Source: Pseudomonadota bacterium (GTDB lineage Bacteria > Pseudomonadota > Alphaproteobacteria > SMXQ01). Taken from it: a stretch of DNA of 55,663 nt. The position numbers were made by a program, and so were the translations under genes. Below, in pieces: positions 10,187 through 18,407 of the stretch (position 1 is its first letter; every line of letters starts with the position of its first letter). Where the stretch lies: contig JACZQV010000001.1 of NCBI GenBank assembly GCA_022545545.1, positions 1-55,663 on the forward strand, read 5' to 3'. Under the pieces are notes generated by a model that saw only the letters and a list, made by a program, of their open reading frames with translations, ran no database searches and was not told the origin of the DNA.

Positions 10187-10612
10187 CTAAAGCGCCGGAC
10201 CCTGTTTCTGGCAGGCGGCGGCCAGCGCGTGGCTCTCCTCGCTGGTCAGGGGCTGGCCGTTGAAATAAGCCCGGCCGTCCTTCTTGACGATGACGGTGCC
10301 GATATAGGCCTCCGGCCGGAACAGGTCCGGGGTCGGCGGGATGTTGAAGCGCTTGTCGATATCGACGGTGATCGCGATCACGATCTCCTCTGGCAGCTCG
10401 ATTTCGGGCGTATCGCCGAGATCGGCGGGGACGACGGGGCGGCCATTGACGTCGACACCGGGCTCATAGGCGACGCCCGGTTCCCCGACATGACGGACGA
10501 GGGCGGCGCAGTCGGCCTTGGTGATGATGACGGTCGCGGCGCCGGTAGGAACGGTGAAAACCGGAAGGATGGCGAGCGTCAGCGCGAAAGCGTAAAAATA
10601 TTTCGGCAACAT
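10187..10612 (-). CDS. Hypothetical exported protein (141 aa, signal peptide, two Cys)
   Basis: N-terminal hydrophobic signal MLPKYFYAFALTLAILPVFTVPTGAA. Codon usage is genome-like. I recognise no family. Confidence 0.6.
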   Translation of the reverse strand: MLPKYFYAFALTLAILPVFTVPTGAATVIITKADCAALVRHVGEPGVAYEPGVDVNGRPVVPADLGDTPEIELPEEIVIAITVDIDKRFNIPPTPDLFRPEAYIGTVIVKKDGRAYFNGQPLTSEESHALAAACQKQGPAL

Positions 10613-10865
10613 GGATCAAACCTAGTTCGCCAACCTTTAAGGAAGCGATAACCGCCCGGGCCCGCCCTATCCCCATAAATCAGATTAACAAGTCATATCA
10701 TACCATTGAATAATAAAGATATATAATCCGTCGGTCTGGCGCCGTCCGGCACCCGGCGGACCCCCATCGCGACCCTCCTTGCCGGTTTTCGAAGGCGATG
10801 AAAAAAAACGAAAAAATGCTCAAGGACTCGTGACTCCGGCGCTAGAACCACGTACAATAATCGCC

Positions 10866-11025
10866 AAGTGATAAAAAAAGGCCGCACCGGCGGTTACCAA
10901 TACGGCCCAAGTTCAGGGAGGAAACGCCTAGTTAGGCGAGTGCAGGGACAAAAACCCCGCACCGGCTCATATAGAGCCCAATTATAAAATGGCAAGCCCC
11001 AATGTGGGAATTGCCATTTTTTTTT
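10866..11025 (+). ncRNA. Candidate orphan small RNA (about 160 nt) bounded by a promoter-like element and an intrinsic terminator
   Basis: GTGACT (10830-10835)-17 nt-TACAAT (10853-10858), preceded by A-tracts (10798-10817). Internal hairpins at 10925-10938 and 10964-10978. Terminator at 10988-11025. No plausible ORF with an RBS and no plus-strand gene upstream. Confidence 0.35.
10988..11025 (+). terminator. Rho-independent terminator (stem AATGGCAA/TTGCCATT plus inner CCCA/TGGG, followed by T9)
   Basis: Hairpin and a 9-T run read directly from the sequence. It lies in a region with no annotated plus-strand CDS upstream. Confidence 0.6.
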
Positions 11026-11068
11026 GTAAGTCTTCTTGCCGAGGCGCAGCCGCGCCAAGGATCGACTT

Positions 11069-11448
11069 TCAGGCGCTGAATGGATTTTTGCAACGCGGTT
11101 TTTTGTACCGCGGTCTTTTGCGGCACGGACTTTTCCCGCCCGCGCCGTCGCCGGTCAAAGCACCGCCACCGAGCCCTTCCATCGCCATCAACAGCAGGAT
11201 GACCTGGAATATCCTGTAGAACCGTGCATCGGAGAGCGCGCCGAAGAACCCGGTGCCGGCGGTGACGCCGAGATAAACGACCGGTAGAAGCAACAAGGAT
11301 TCCACCAGCAGTGAAAGGGAGACCAACCGGCGAAGGCGGCGACGGCGAAACGCCAGAACATGAACACCAGTCCCATGAGGATTATCGGCGCCCTCAGCTT
11401 CCGAGGCGTCGGACAGGCGAGCTTGAGATTAACGGCGAGGAGATACAT
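11069..11448 (-). pseudogene. Frameshifted remnant of a membrane-protein gene (C-terminal part resembles TauE/SafE-type 4-TM repeat)
   Basis: Two overlapping minus-strand ORFs in different frames (11188-11448 and 11069-11326) together give hydrophobic segments: ...APIILMGLVFMFWRFAVAAFAG / LSLLVESLLLLPVVYLGVTAGTGFFGALSDARFYRIFQVILLLMAMEGL. A TGA lies immediately upstream in frame, and there is no intact full-length frame. Confidence 0.3.
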
Positions 11449-12011
11449 CCCCCCGACCAGTCGTCACGGCGGCGATCGTTTGATCCTTCGCCGTGATGGC
11501 GAGGGGCGACTTTGCCGTAGGGCTCGTCGCCGCAATCCGTCCCCGGTAATGTTTTTCCCGTAAACTGTATTTTCTTACAGTTCACGCGGGCGAACCGAGT
11601 TGATAGCCTATGTTACCTGGTTACCTGTTGGCGTGGCGCTGGCCGGTGACCGGCTAACCGCTACTTGGCGCGAATCGCGCCATAACAATCCGTGGGCCCT
11701 ACCCCGTGAGGGCCCTACAGGGGCAATTCAGGGAGGCATTGGAACGGCGTAAAATCCGTCGCAGGAGAATTTGCGCGATTGCCGCCGGTCGGCGGTTGAT
11801 CGCCATTGCCAGTCCGCCATCACGCCATTTCTCTTTTCTCTTTCGGTGACCCTCCATTGATGGACCAGGGACGCCGATACCTCGGGTGGGGGCCGCGTTT
11901 GATATAAATCAAGTTCTGGCTGCTAAGGGCTTGCTATGGAGTTTTGCCGTTCGTGGCCGCCGCGAGTCGCGTTGGCATGGTGCGCTGGAAGGGTGTATCG
12001 TGGGGGAAACC

Positions 12012-12041
12012 GGTACACGGCTGGAACGAGCCGTACCTTTT
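12012..12041 (+). terminator. Terminator-like hairpin (GGTACaCGGCT/AGCCGTACC, loop GGAACG, then TTTT) abutting the RBS of the OmpA-like gene
   Basis: Read directly from the sequence. The T-run is followed by GGGGAGGAG (RBS) and ATG at 12058, so it could be an attenuator or leader element, or the end of an upstream transcript. Confidence 0.3.
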
Positions 12042-12057
12042 GGGGAGGAGAGATTAC

Positions 12058-12957
12058 ATGACACCCGGAATTCGAACCTTGATCGTTAGCGTGCCACTGG
12101 CGCTTTTTGTTGCCGGCTGCGGCTGGAGCAAGGTCGATACGATGAAGGACATGAAGCCCACGGGCAGCAAGTTCTACAAGGCGCTCTACAGCGAATACGT
12201 CAAGGTGGGCGACCGCGAGGCGAAGGAGGAGGACTGGGGCAACGCCGTGAAATTTGCCGATCGCGCCATCAAATCGGCGTCGGGAGGGCCGCAGTATCCG
12301 GAGGCGATCGAGGCCCGTGATCTTCCCAAGAACACGGTGGGAGATCTCCTTGCCGCCCGCAATCGTTTGACCGCCGCCTTGATCCGCAGTGGCCGGAAAA
12401 AGGCGCCCAAGGACGCGGCGCACGCCCAGGTCATGTTCGATTGCTGGATGGAGGAGCAGGAAGAAGATCATCAGCCGAAGGATATCGCCAAATGCCGCGC
12501 CGCCTTCGAGAAGTCCCTGGTCAAGGTCGAGAAGGCCCTGAAGAAAAAGAAGAAGAAAAAGAAGCGCAAGGCGAAGGCCATGCCGGCGCCGAAACCCGCG
12601 CCCAAGCCGGAGAAGGCGAGCTTCATCGTCTATTTCGACTTCGACAGCGCCAAAATCACCGCCAAGGGCCGGGCGGTCATCGGCCAGGCCCTGAGTTGGA
12701 GCAAGGCCAGGAGCCCGGGGGAGATCTCCGTGACCGGACACACCGACCGCGCCGGCGCCAACGCATATAATACGAAGCTGTCCGAAAGACGGGCGGAGGC
12801 GGTTGCCAAAGCCTTGATCGACGGCGGTCTCGCGCTCGGATTCCTCTTCAAGACCGGGGCGTCCGGCGAGGAGGCGCCGGCGGTGGCAACGGCGGACGGC
12901 AAGCGCGAAGCACGTAATCGGCGCGTCAAGATCGACCTCGTGCAGTCGGCGAGATGA
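12058..12957 (+). CDS. OmpA-family lipoprotein with Lys-rich linker
   Basis: Start moved to ATG 12058, which has a GGGGAGGAG RBS. Lipobox LFVAGCG. C-terminal OmpA-like domain (FDFDSAKIT...VTGHTDRAGANAYNTKLSERRAEAV...NRRVKI). Linker is KKKKKKKKRKAKAMPAPKPAPKPEK. Confidence 0.85.
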   Translation: MTPGIRTLIVSVPLALFVAGCGWSKVDTMKDMKPTGSKFYKALYSEYVKVGDREAKEEDWGNAVKFADRAIKSASGGPQYPEAIEARDLPKNTVGDLLAARNRLTAALIRSGRKKAPKDAAHAQVMFDCWMEEQEEDHQPKDIAKCRAAFEKSLVKVEKALKKKKKKKKRKAKAMPAPKPAPKPEKASFIVYFDFDSAKITAKGRAVIGQALSWSKARSPGEISVTGHTDRAGANAYNTKLSERRAEAVAKALIDGGLALGFLFKTGASGEEAPAVATADGKREARNRRVKIDLVQSAR

Positions 12958-13239
12958 CGATGCACTGCGGGGCCGACCGGTCCGGCGCCAGGCTGGCTTT
13001 GATGCTGGCGCCGGGTGGGGCCGTCCATTGGGCCTAAATTGCACCGGAGACAGCCGGTAGCTGAAAGGGTTGTCGCGAATCTGGGGCGGGACTAAGGGCC
13101 TGATCAGGCCCGTGGCCAAACCGCCCTACCGCGAAATCGAAGCCACCGGCCCTCGTGCCGGCGGCGGATAACGGAAAAAATCGGGCGGTGCGCGCAAGCG
13201 GATGCGCGTCTTCCCGGCGTCTCAGAGGAGGACTTATCG

Positions 13240-16200
13240 ATGAAAAAGCTGCTCGTCGGCCTTGGCGTCGTCATCGTGTTGCTGGTTACGGCGGTAATCG
13301 CACTGCCGGTTCTCATCCCTTCGGACACGATCAAGGAGCAAATCGCCGCTCAGGTCCGCGACGCCACCGGGCGGGAGTTGCGAATCGATGGCGAGGTAAG
13401 TTTCTCCCTCGTGCCCAATATCGAGTTCAATGCCAGCGATCTCAGTCTGTCGAACGCAGCGGGCATGACCGATCCCGAAATGTTCTCGCTCGGCGGTATC
13501 ACCGTCAAGATAGGGCTGCTGCCGCTGCTCGGCCGAGAGGTGGTGATCGACACCCTCGTCATCCGCGATCCCGCGCTACATCTGGAGATCGACAAAGAGG
13601 GACGGCCGAATTGGGCCTTCAAGCCGGCGAAAGCGGGGACGGCGGTCGCTGGGCAAGCGCCGGCCGGGAAGTCGGCGGCATTACCATTCTCCGATCTCCG
13701 TCTAGGCGATGTCCGGATCGAGAAGGGCCTCGTCTCATTCAGGAACGCGTCGACCGGCCAAATCCTGCGGGCCAAGGATATCGAACTGAAAGTGGCTTTG
13801 GCCGATCTCGGGAGCCCGCTTTCCCTCACCGGGCGCCTGATCCTCAATGACGAGCCCGTCACCCTCGACCTCTCGGTCAAAACGCCGAGGGACCTGCTTA
13901 CCGGCAAGAGCGCGGCCATTCAGACGGCTCTCGTCACCAAGCACCTGACAACCGGCTTCGACGCCAAGATACACCAACAGCCGGTGCCGGGTCTCGACGG
14001 CGCCTTCAAGCTCGACATTGCCTCGGTCGGCAAGCTGGCGGCGTGGCTCGGCCAGCCGCTGGACAAGGCACTGCCCGATCCCGGGCCGCTCAAGGTGCGC
14101 GCGACCTTCGCCGGTGACGGCGCCAAGGTCGCGCTCAAGCAAGCGACGATCGAGGGCAAGGGGCTCAAGGCCAAAGTCACCGGCAGCTTCGACGGCTCGG
14201 GCAAGATCGCCAAGGTGGTGCTTAACGTCGAGAGCGGCGTCCTCGACATCGACCGCTATCTGCCGCCGGCGCGAGGTAAGCGAGATAAGAAGGAGATCAC
14301 GGCCGAACCGCCCAAGGGGAAGAAAAAGGCGGCCGACATGCTGGCGGCCTTATCCGAGAAACCCCTCGATTTGAGCGCCCTGCGCCAGACCGACGCCGAT
14401 GTGCGGATCGCCATCGGCGGCATCAAGGTGGCGGGCTTCGAGGTCGGACGCGTGGCGTTCACGACCAAACTGACGAAGGGCGTTTTGGCCGCCGAGTTGA
14501 GTGAACTCCGTCTTTACGGCGGTAATGTCAGGGGCAAGGTGAAGCTCGACGGCTCCGGCGACGCCCTCGGGGTGGAGGCGGCGTTGACCATCGATGGCGT
14601 GAAGCCCGCCAATTTGGCCCAGACGGCGACCGGCGGCAAGGTGGCCCTGACCGGTGCGGCGTCGGGTTCGCTGAACGCCACCGCGCGCGGCGCCAGCCCA
14701 CGGGCGCTGGCGCAAAGTCTCCGCGGCAAGCTCACTTTCGCGCTCGGCGGCGTCGAGATCAAGGACGCGCCGGTGGGCGCTATCTCCGATATCAATGTGA
14801 CCCTCGACCTGCCGGGCCTCGAAAGTCCGCCGAGCCTGAAGGGCAGCGTGATCTACAACAAGGAACGGATCGATCTGACCGTGTCCCTCGATCCGCTCAA
14901 GAAGGTGATGTCGGGCGGGCCGTTCGCGGCCAAGCTATCGGTGGCGACGAAGCATCTGAAGGCCGGTTACGACGGCAAGGTACAACAACAGCCTGTGCCC
15001 GGTCTCGACGGCGCCTTCAAGCTCGACATCGCCTCCCTCGGCAAGCTGGCGGCGTGGCTCGGCCAGCCGCTGGACAAGGCACAGCCCGATCCCGGGCCGC
15101 TCAAGGTGCGCGCGACCTTCGCCAGCGACGGCGCCAAGGTGGCGCTCAAGCAAGCGACGATCGAGGGCAAGGAACTCAAGGCCAAGGCCGCCGGCAGCTT
15201 CGATGGCTCCAAGCCCATCCCGCGCTTCAAATCCAATATCGAGATCATGGAAGCGAACCTGAATGCCTATTTGCCAGCGCCGGCGGCCAAGAAAAAAGCG
15301 CCGGCCAAATCCAAAACCGGGAAACAACGGCCCGGCGGCTGGAGCGAGGAACCGATCGACTTTTCACCTCTGTCCAAAGCCAACGGTGACATCGACGTTA
15401 AGATTGGCACGATTCGTTATAAGGATCTGCTCATCCAAAACGGCCGCATCAGGGTTTCGATCGCCAACGGTGTTCTCACGGCGTCGGTGGAGCAACTGAA
15501 GCTCGCCGAGGGGACGATCTCGGCAACGGCGAAGATCGACGCTTCGCAACCGGCCGCGGTCCTCGACTATCGGGCGTCGATCACCGGTGTCGAGGCGAGG
15601 AAGTTATTGAAGACGTTCGCCGACAACGACCGGCTGAGTGGCAAGGCCAATTTCCAGGCCAAGGGCAAGGCGCGGGGCCGCAACCAGAAGGAGCTGGTTG
15701 AATCGCTCAACGGCGACGGCAGGTTCAAGTTCATCGACGGCGCCATCCACGGAATCAATCTGGCGGCAACGCTTCGCAAGGCCAAGACCCTGGGGATTGG
15801 CGCCTCCGGGAGTGAAGCGCAGAAGACCGATTTCGCCGAGTTGAGCGGCAGCTTCACGATCAAGAACGGCCTATTGGAGAACCGCGATTTCAAGATGCTG
15901 GCGCCGTTGATTCGTCTCAGCGGGACCGGTGTCGTGCCGCTGCCGCCGCGGCGGGTCGATTATCTGGTGACGGCGAAGCTCGTGGCCTCCATCAAGGGCC
16001 AGGGTGGAGGTGACGCCCTTGCCGGTTTGCCGATACCGATCAAAGTCAAAGGCCCCTGGAGCAACGTCGGTTATGGCGTCGATTGGAAGAGCGTGTTCTC
16101 CAAGGCGATGTTGGATCCCGAACGCCTTAGGAATATGCCCACGGACCTGCGCGAATCGGCGAAGGGATTCGGCGTCGATCTGCCGGCTTTGAAGGTACCC

Positions 16201-16341
16201 GGCACCGAGTTTCTGAAGGGGCTGTTCCAACCGAAGCAAGAACAGCCGGTCGAACAAACGCCGGTCGAACAAACCAAGGAACAGGAAGCCCCGGCGGCGC
16301 CCGATCCATTCAAGGCCTTGAGGGGCTTGTTCGGCAAGTAG
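13240..16341 (+). CDS. AsmA-family outer-membrane biogenesis protein (1033 aa)
   Basis: N-terminal TM anchor (KKLLVGLGVVIVLLVTAVIALPVL) and a long beta-rich repetitive body. The C-terminal AsmA_2-like region includes GGDALAGLPIPIKVKGPWSNV. Confidence 0.85.
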   Translation: MKKLLVGLGVVIVLLVTAVIALPVLIPSDTIKEQIAAQVRDATGRELRIDGEVSFSLVPNIEFNASDLSLSNAAGMTDPEMFSLGGITVKIGLLPLLGREVVIDTLVIRDPALHLEIDKEGRPNWAFKPAKAGTAVAGQAPAGKSAALPFSDLRLGDVRIEKGLVSFRNASTGQILRAKDIELKVALADLGSPLSLTGRLILNDEPVTLDLSVKTPRDLLTGKSAAIQTALVTKHLTTGFDAKIHQQPVPGLDGAFKLDIASVGKLAAWLGQPLDKALPDPGPLKVRATFAGDGAKVALKQATIEGKGLKAKVTGSFDGSGKIAKVVLNVESGVLDIDRYLPPARGKRDKKEITAEPPKGKKKAADMLAALSEKPLDLSALRQTDADVRIAIGGIKVAGFEVGRVAFTTKLTKGVLAAELSELRLYGGNVRGKVKLDGSGDALGVEAALTIDGVKPANLAQTATGGKVALTGAASGSLNATARGASPRALAQSLRGKLTFALGGVEIKDAPVGAISDINVTLDLPGLESPPSLKGSVIYNKERIDLTVSLDPLKKVMSGGPFAAKLSVATKHLKAGYDGKVQQQPVPGLDGAFKLDIASLGKLAAWLGQPLDKAQPDPGPLKVRATFASDGAKVALKQATIEGKELKAKAAGSFDGSKPIPRFKSNIEIMEANLNAYLPAPAAKKKAPAKSKTGKQRPGGWSEEPIDFSPLSKANGDIDVKIGTIRYKDLLIQNGRIRVSIANGVLTASVEQLKLAEGTISATAKIDASQPAAVLDYRASITGVEARKLLKTFADNDRLSGKANFQAKGKARGRNQKELVESLNGDGRFKFIDGAIHGINLAATLRKAKTLGIGASGSEAQKTDFAELSGSFTIKNGLLENRDFKMLAPLIRLSGTGVVPLPPRRVDYLVTAKLVASIKGQGGGDALAGLPIPIKVKGPWSNVGYGVDWKSVFSKAMLDPERLRNMPTDLRESAKGFGVDLPALKVPGTEFLKGLFQPKQEQPVEQTPVEQTKEQEAPAAPDPFKALRGLFGK
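13936..14199 (+). repeat. Intragenic direct repeat, copy 1 (within asmA)
   Basis: About 264 nt, more than 90 percent identical by eye to 14947-15210. Offset is exactly 1011 nt (337 codons). Confidence 0.85.
14947..15210 (+). repeat. Intragenic direct repeat, copy 2 (within asmA)
   Basis: Protein segments TKHLTTGFDAKIHQQPVPGLDGAFKLDIASVGKLAAWLGQPLDKALPDPGPLKVRATFAGDGAKVALKQATIEGKGLKAK and TKHLKAGYDGKVQQQPVPGLDGAFKLDIASLGKLAAWLGQPLDKAQPDPGPLKVRATFASDGAKVALKQATIEGKELKAK. Confidence 0.85.
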
Positions 16342-16538
16342 GGATGCGCATCCCGTCTGCCGTGCGCCCTTCGCCCAGCCGTTGACCCGGGTGTCGACGG
16401 CGAACTTCGGATCGCGGGCGATGAAAATTCCCGGCGCGTCGCCACGGCCGAGGGGTTACCACCGCCCTTCAACTTGGTAACCTCGCGCCTGGCGGCCGCC
16501 GACGGCCGGTGCCGTATACAGAGGGGGAAAAGCAAGCG

Positions 16539-17393
16539 ATGAAACAGGAAATGGAAGCCCTGACGAAACTGTTGGACACGCTGGTCGAATTCTCCGTGAC
16601 CTACGGTTTCCAGATTCTCGGCGCTCTTGTGTTTTTCGTTATCGGCCTGAAAGCGGCCGGCTGGGCCGGCAAACAGACGGCGCGGCTGGCCGAAAGCAAG
16701 CAGATCGACATAACCCTGGCCAAATTCATCGGCAATGTCGTGAAGCTGGTGTTGATCGGCTTCGTCGCCATCATCACCTTGGGTAATTTCGGCATCACCA
16801 TCGGGCCGCTGATCGCGCTTGCCGGCGCCGTCGCGTTCGGCGCCACCTTCGCCATCCAGGGACCGCTCGCCAACTATGGGGCCGGTTTATCGATCATCCT
16901 CACCCGTCCCTTCGTCGTCGGCAACACCATTGAAATCAAGAACACCAACGGCGTGGTGGAGAACGTCACGCTTGCCGCGACCATCCTGGTGACCGAGGAC
17001 GGAGAGCGCATCACCGTGCCGAACAGACAGATCGTCGGAGAGATCCTGACCAATTCCCTGGCGCACCGGGTCGTGCAGACCAAATTGTGCATCGGATTTG
17101 GCGAGGACACGGAGGTCGCCATCGGCGCCCTGAAAAAAGCGCTCGCCGAGATCGCGGAACTGAACTCAGGACCGGCGCCGCAAGTCGGCATCCATGATTT
17201 CACTTACGGCGGCGTCGTATTGGGTATCCGTTTCTGGGTTCCAAGCCAAAAATATTTTCAGACACGCTACGCCGTAAACCACGCCGCGCTGAACGCCCTC
17301 AAGGAAGCGGGAGTCAAGCTTCTGCCGGTGGATGGAATCGCCGTCGCGGCGCAATCGCTATCCGCGGACAGCGGGGAGACCGCCCCATCCTGA
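16539..17393 (+). CDS. Mechanosensitive ion channel (MscS family)
   Basis: Start set at ATG 16539 (GAGGGGGA RBS 10 nt upstream) rather than GTG 16509. Three N-terminal TM helices followed by an MscS beta-domain (GNTIEIKNTNGVVENVTLAATILVTEDGERITVPN). Confidence 0.85.
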   Translation: MKQEMEALTKLLDTLVEFSVTYGFQILGALVFFVIGLKAAGWAGKQTARLAESKQIDITLAKFIGNVVKLVLIGFVAIITLGNFGITIGPLIALAGAVAFGATFAIQGPLANYGAGLSIILTRPFVVGNTIEIKNTNGVVENVTLAATILVTEDGERITVPNRQIVGEILTNSLAHRVVQTKLCIGFGEDTEVAIGALKKALAEIAELNSGPAPQVGIHDFTYGGVVLGIRFWVPSQKYFQTRYAVNHAALNALKEAGVKLLPVDGIAVAAQSLSADSGETAPS

Positions 17394-17422
17394 GCCGCGC
17401 CGACCGTCCCCGGGGCGGCGTT

Positions 17423-17968
17423 TCAGTCAGCCTTCCCTGAATTCATCCACGGCGGGTTGTGGGCGGCGATTTCGGCAAACACCGGGCAATCGGGATCATG
17501 GGCGCCGGGCAGATAACCGATACTCATGAGGAACTCCGAGACGATCTCGGGTCCCATGAACCGGAAGGTGCCGCGGAAGAGCTTTACCCATTCACCCCGC
17601 GCCAATGGGTGATGCAGGGCCAGCCAGGCGGCGAAGGAGCCCTCGGCGTCACGGATGGCCACCAGGCGCCGGGCGTTCTCGATCACCGCCTCGATCTTGC
17701 GCCGGTTGCGGATGATTCCAACATCCAACAACAGACGGGCGACATCGGCCTCGCCGAATGCGGCCACCGACTCGGGGTCGAAATCGGCGAAGGCCGCGTT
17801 CAGCGCCGCCCGCTTCTTGAGCACCAACAGCCATGACAGCCCGGCTTGGTTGATCTCGAGCGCCAGGCGTTCCAAGAGGATGCGGTCGTCATCGACGGGA
17901 AACCCGTATTCCTGGTCGTGGTGAGGCCCGTGGAAGGGATGGCCCTTGGCGATCTCGCAATAGCTCAA
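17423..17968 (-). CDS. tag: DNA-3-methyladenine glycosylase I
   Basis: 181 aa. HDQEYGFPVDDDRILLERLALEINQAGLSWLLVLKKR... is typical of Tag. The start codon is TTG (reverse complement of 17966-17968), with a GGGAGG RBS 7 nt upstream. Confidence 0.88.
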   Translation of the reverse strand: MSYCEIAKGHPFHGPHHDQEYGFPVDDDRILLERLALEINQAGLSWLLVLKKRAALNAAFADFDPESVAAFGEADVARLLLDVGIIRNRRKIEAVIENARRLVAIRDAEGSFAAWLALHHPLARGEWVKLFRGTFRFMGPEIVSEFLMSIGYLPGAHDPDCPVFAEIAAHNPPWMNSGKAD

Positions 17969-17980
17969 ATTCTTGCCTCC

Positions 17981-18028
17981 CTTCTCCCGCTCAGGCCTTC
18001 TCCCGCTCAGGCCCTCTTCCGCTCAAGA
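17981..18028. repeat. Tandem 16-nt repeat (CTTCTCCCGCTCAGGC x2 plus one degenerate unit)
   Basis: Units at 17981-17996, 17997-18012 and 18013-18028 (11/16 match). The array spans the DUF1467 stop codon (18023-18025) and ends just before the tag RBS. Confidence 0.8.
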
Positions 18029-18259
18029 GGGGCGGAAGGAAATCACCTCGGCCGCGATCACCAGGTAAACGACGCCCCACAGCGCCCCGGCGATCAGGGT
18101 CGTGGCGGCGGATTTGATCCCGAGGTTGGGATTGGCCGGCGCGCTCGGGGCGTGGCCTTTCTCGACCTCGTCGGGAACCTTGACGCCGATCGGCAGCATC
18201 ACGAACCAAACCAGCCACCACAGGATGACGTAGACCATTAACCCTGTGAACCAATTCAT
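18023..18259 (-). CDS. DUF1467-family small membrane protein (78 aa)
   Basis: Start set at ATG 18259 (MNWFTGLMVYVILWWLVWFVMLPIGVK...). Two TM helices. The position after rnj is conserved in alphaproteobacteria. The longer track ORF (to 18424) overlaps the rnj 3' end (18408-18424) and repeat copy B. Confidence 0.75.
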   Translation of the reverse strand: MNWFTGLMVYVILWWLVWFVMLPIGVKVPDEVEKGHAPSAPANPNLGIKSAATTLIAGALWGVVYLVIAAEVISFRPS

Positions 18260-18325
18260 CCCGACCCCTCGTCCGCCCCACCAGGGGCGCCGCAAGCCTA
18301 GTCCATGTTCCACTCGCCCGGCTCC

Positions 18326-18364
18326 GGCCGCACAGGCGGGAGGGGTCGAGCCAATCGGATAAGG
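18326..18364 (+). repeat. Copy B (short) of the dispersed intergenic repeat family
   Basis: GGCCGCACAGGCGGG (18326-18340) directly followed by AGGGGTCGAGCCAATCGGATAAGG. The 27-mer GGGAGGGGTCGAGCCAATCGGATAAGG matches the reverse complement of 43745-43771 at 25/27 positions. Confidence 0.6.
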
Positions 18365-18407
18365 CGCGAGAGGCGGGAGCTCAAGACGGCGCCTGGGCGC
18401 GCTTCCA

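Noticed and set aside
10693-11126. Small ORFs 10693-10887 and 10932-11126 (minus) and 10989-11219 (plus) in the lower-GC gap
   Set aside because: They have no RBS and atypical composition. One reads straight through an intrinsic terminator hairpin. The region is better explained by the candidate sRNA and pseudogene remnants.
13096-13111. Perfect palindromes GGGCCTGATCAGGCCC (13096-13111) and GGGATGCGCATCCC (16341-16354) after the OmpA-like and asmA genes, considered as terminators or operators
   Set aside because: They are short stems with no following T-tract, and such palindromes arise easily in GC-rich DNA. They may still be weak 3' stabilising hairpins, but there is no evidence for more.
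17981-18028. Short tandem repeats here and at 44118-44165 and 16245-16274, considered as possible CRISPR-like arrays
   Set aside because: The units are contiguous with no spacers, number only 2-3 copies of 14-16 nt, and several lie inside coding sequence. They are not CRISPR.
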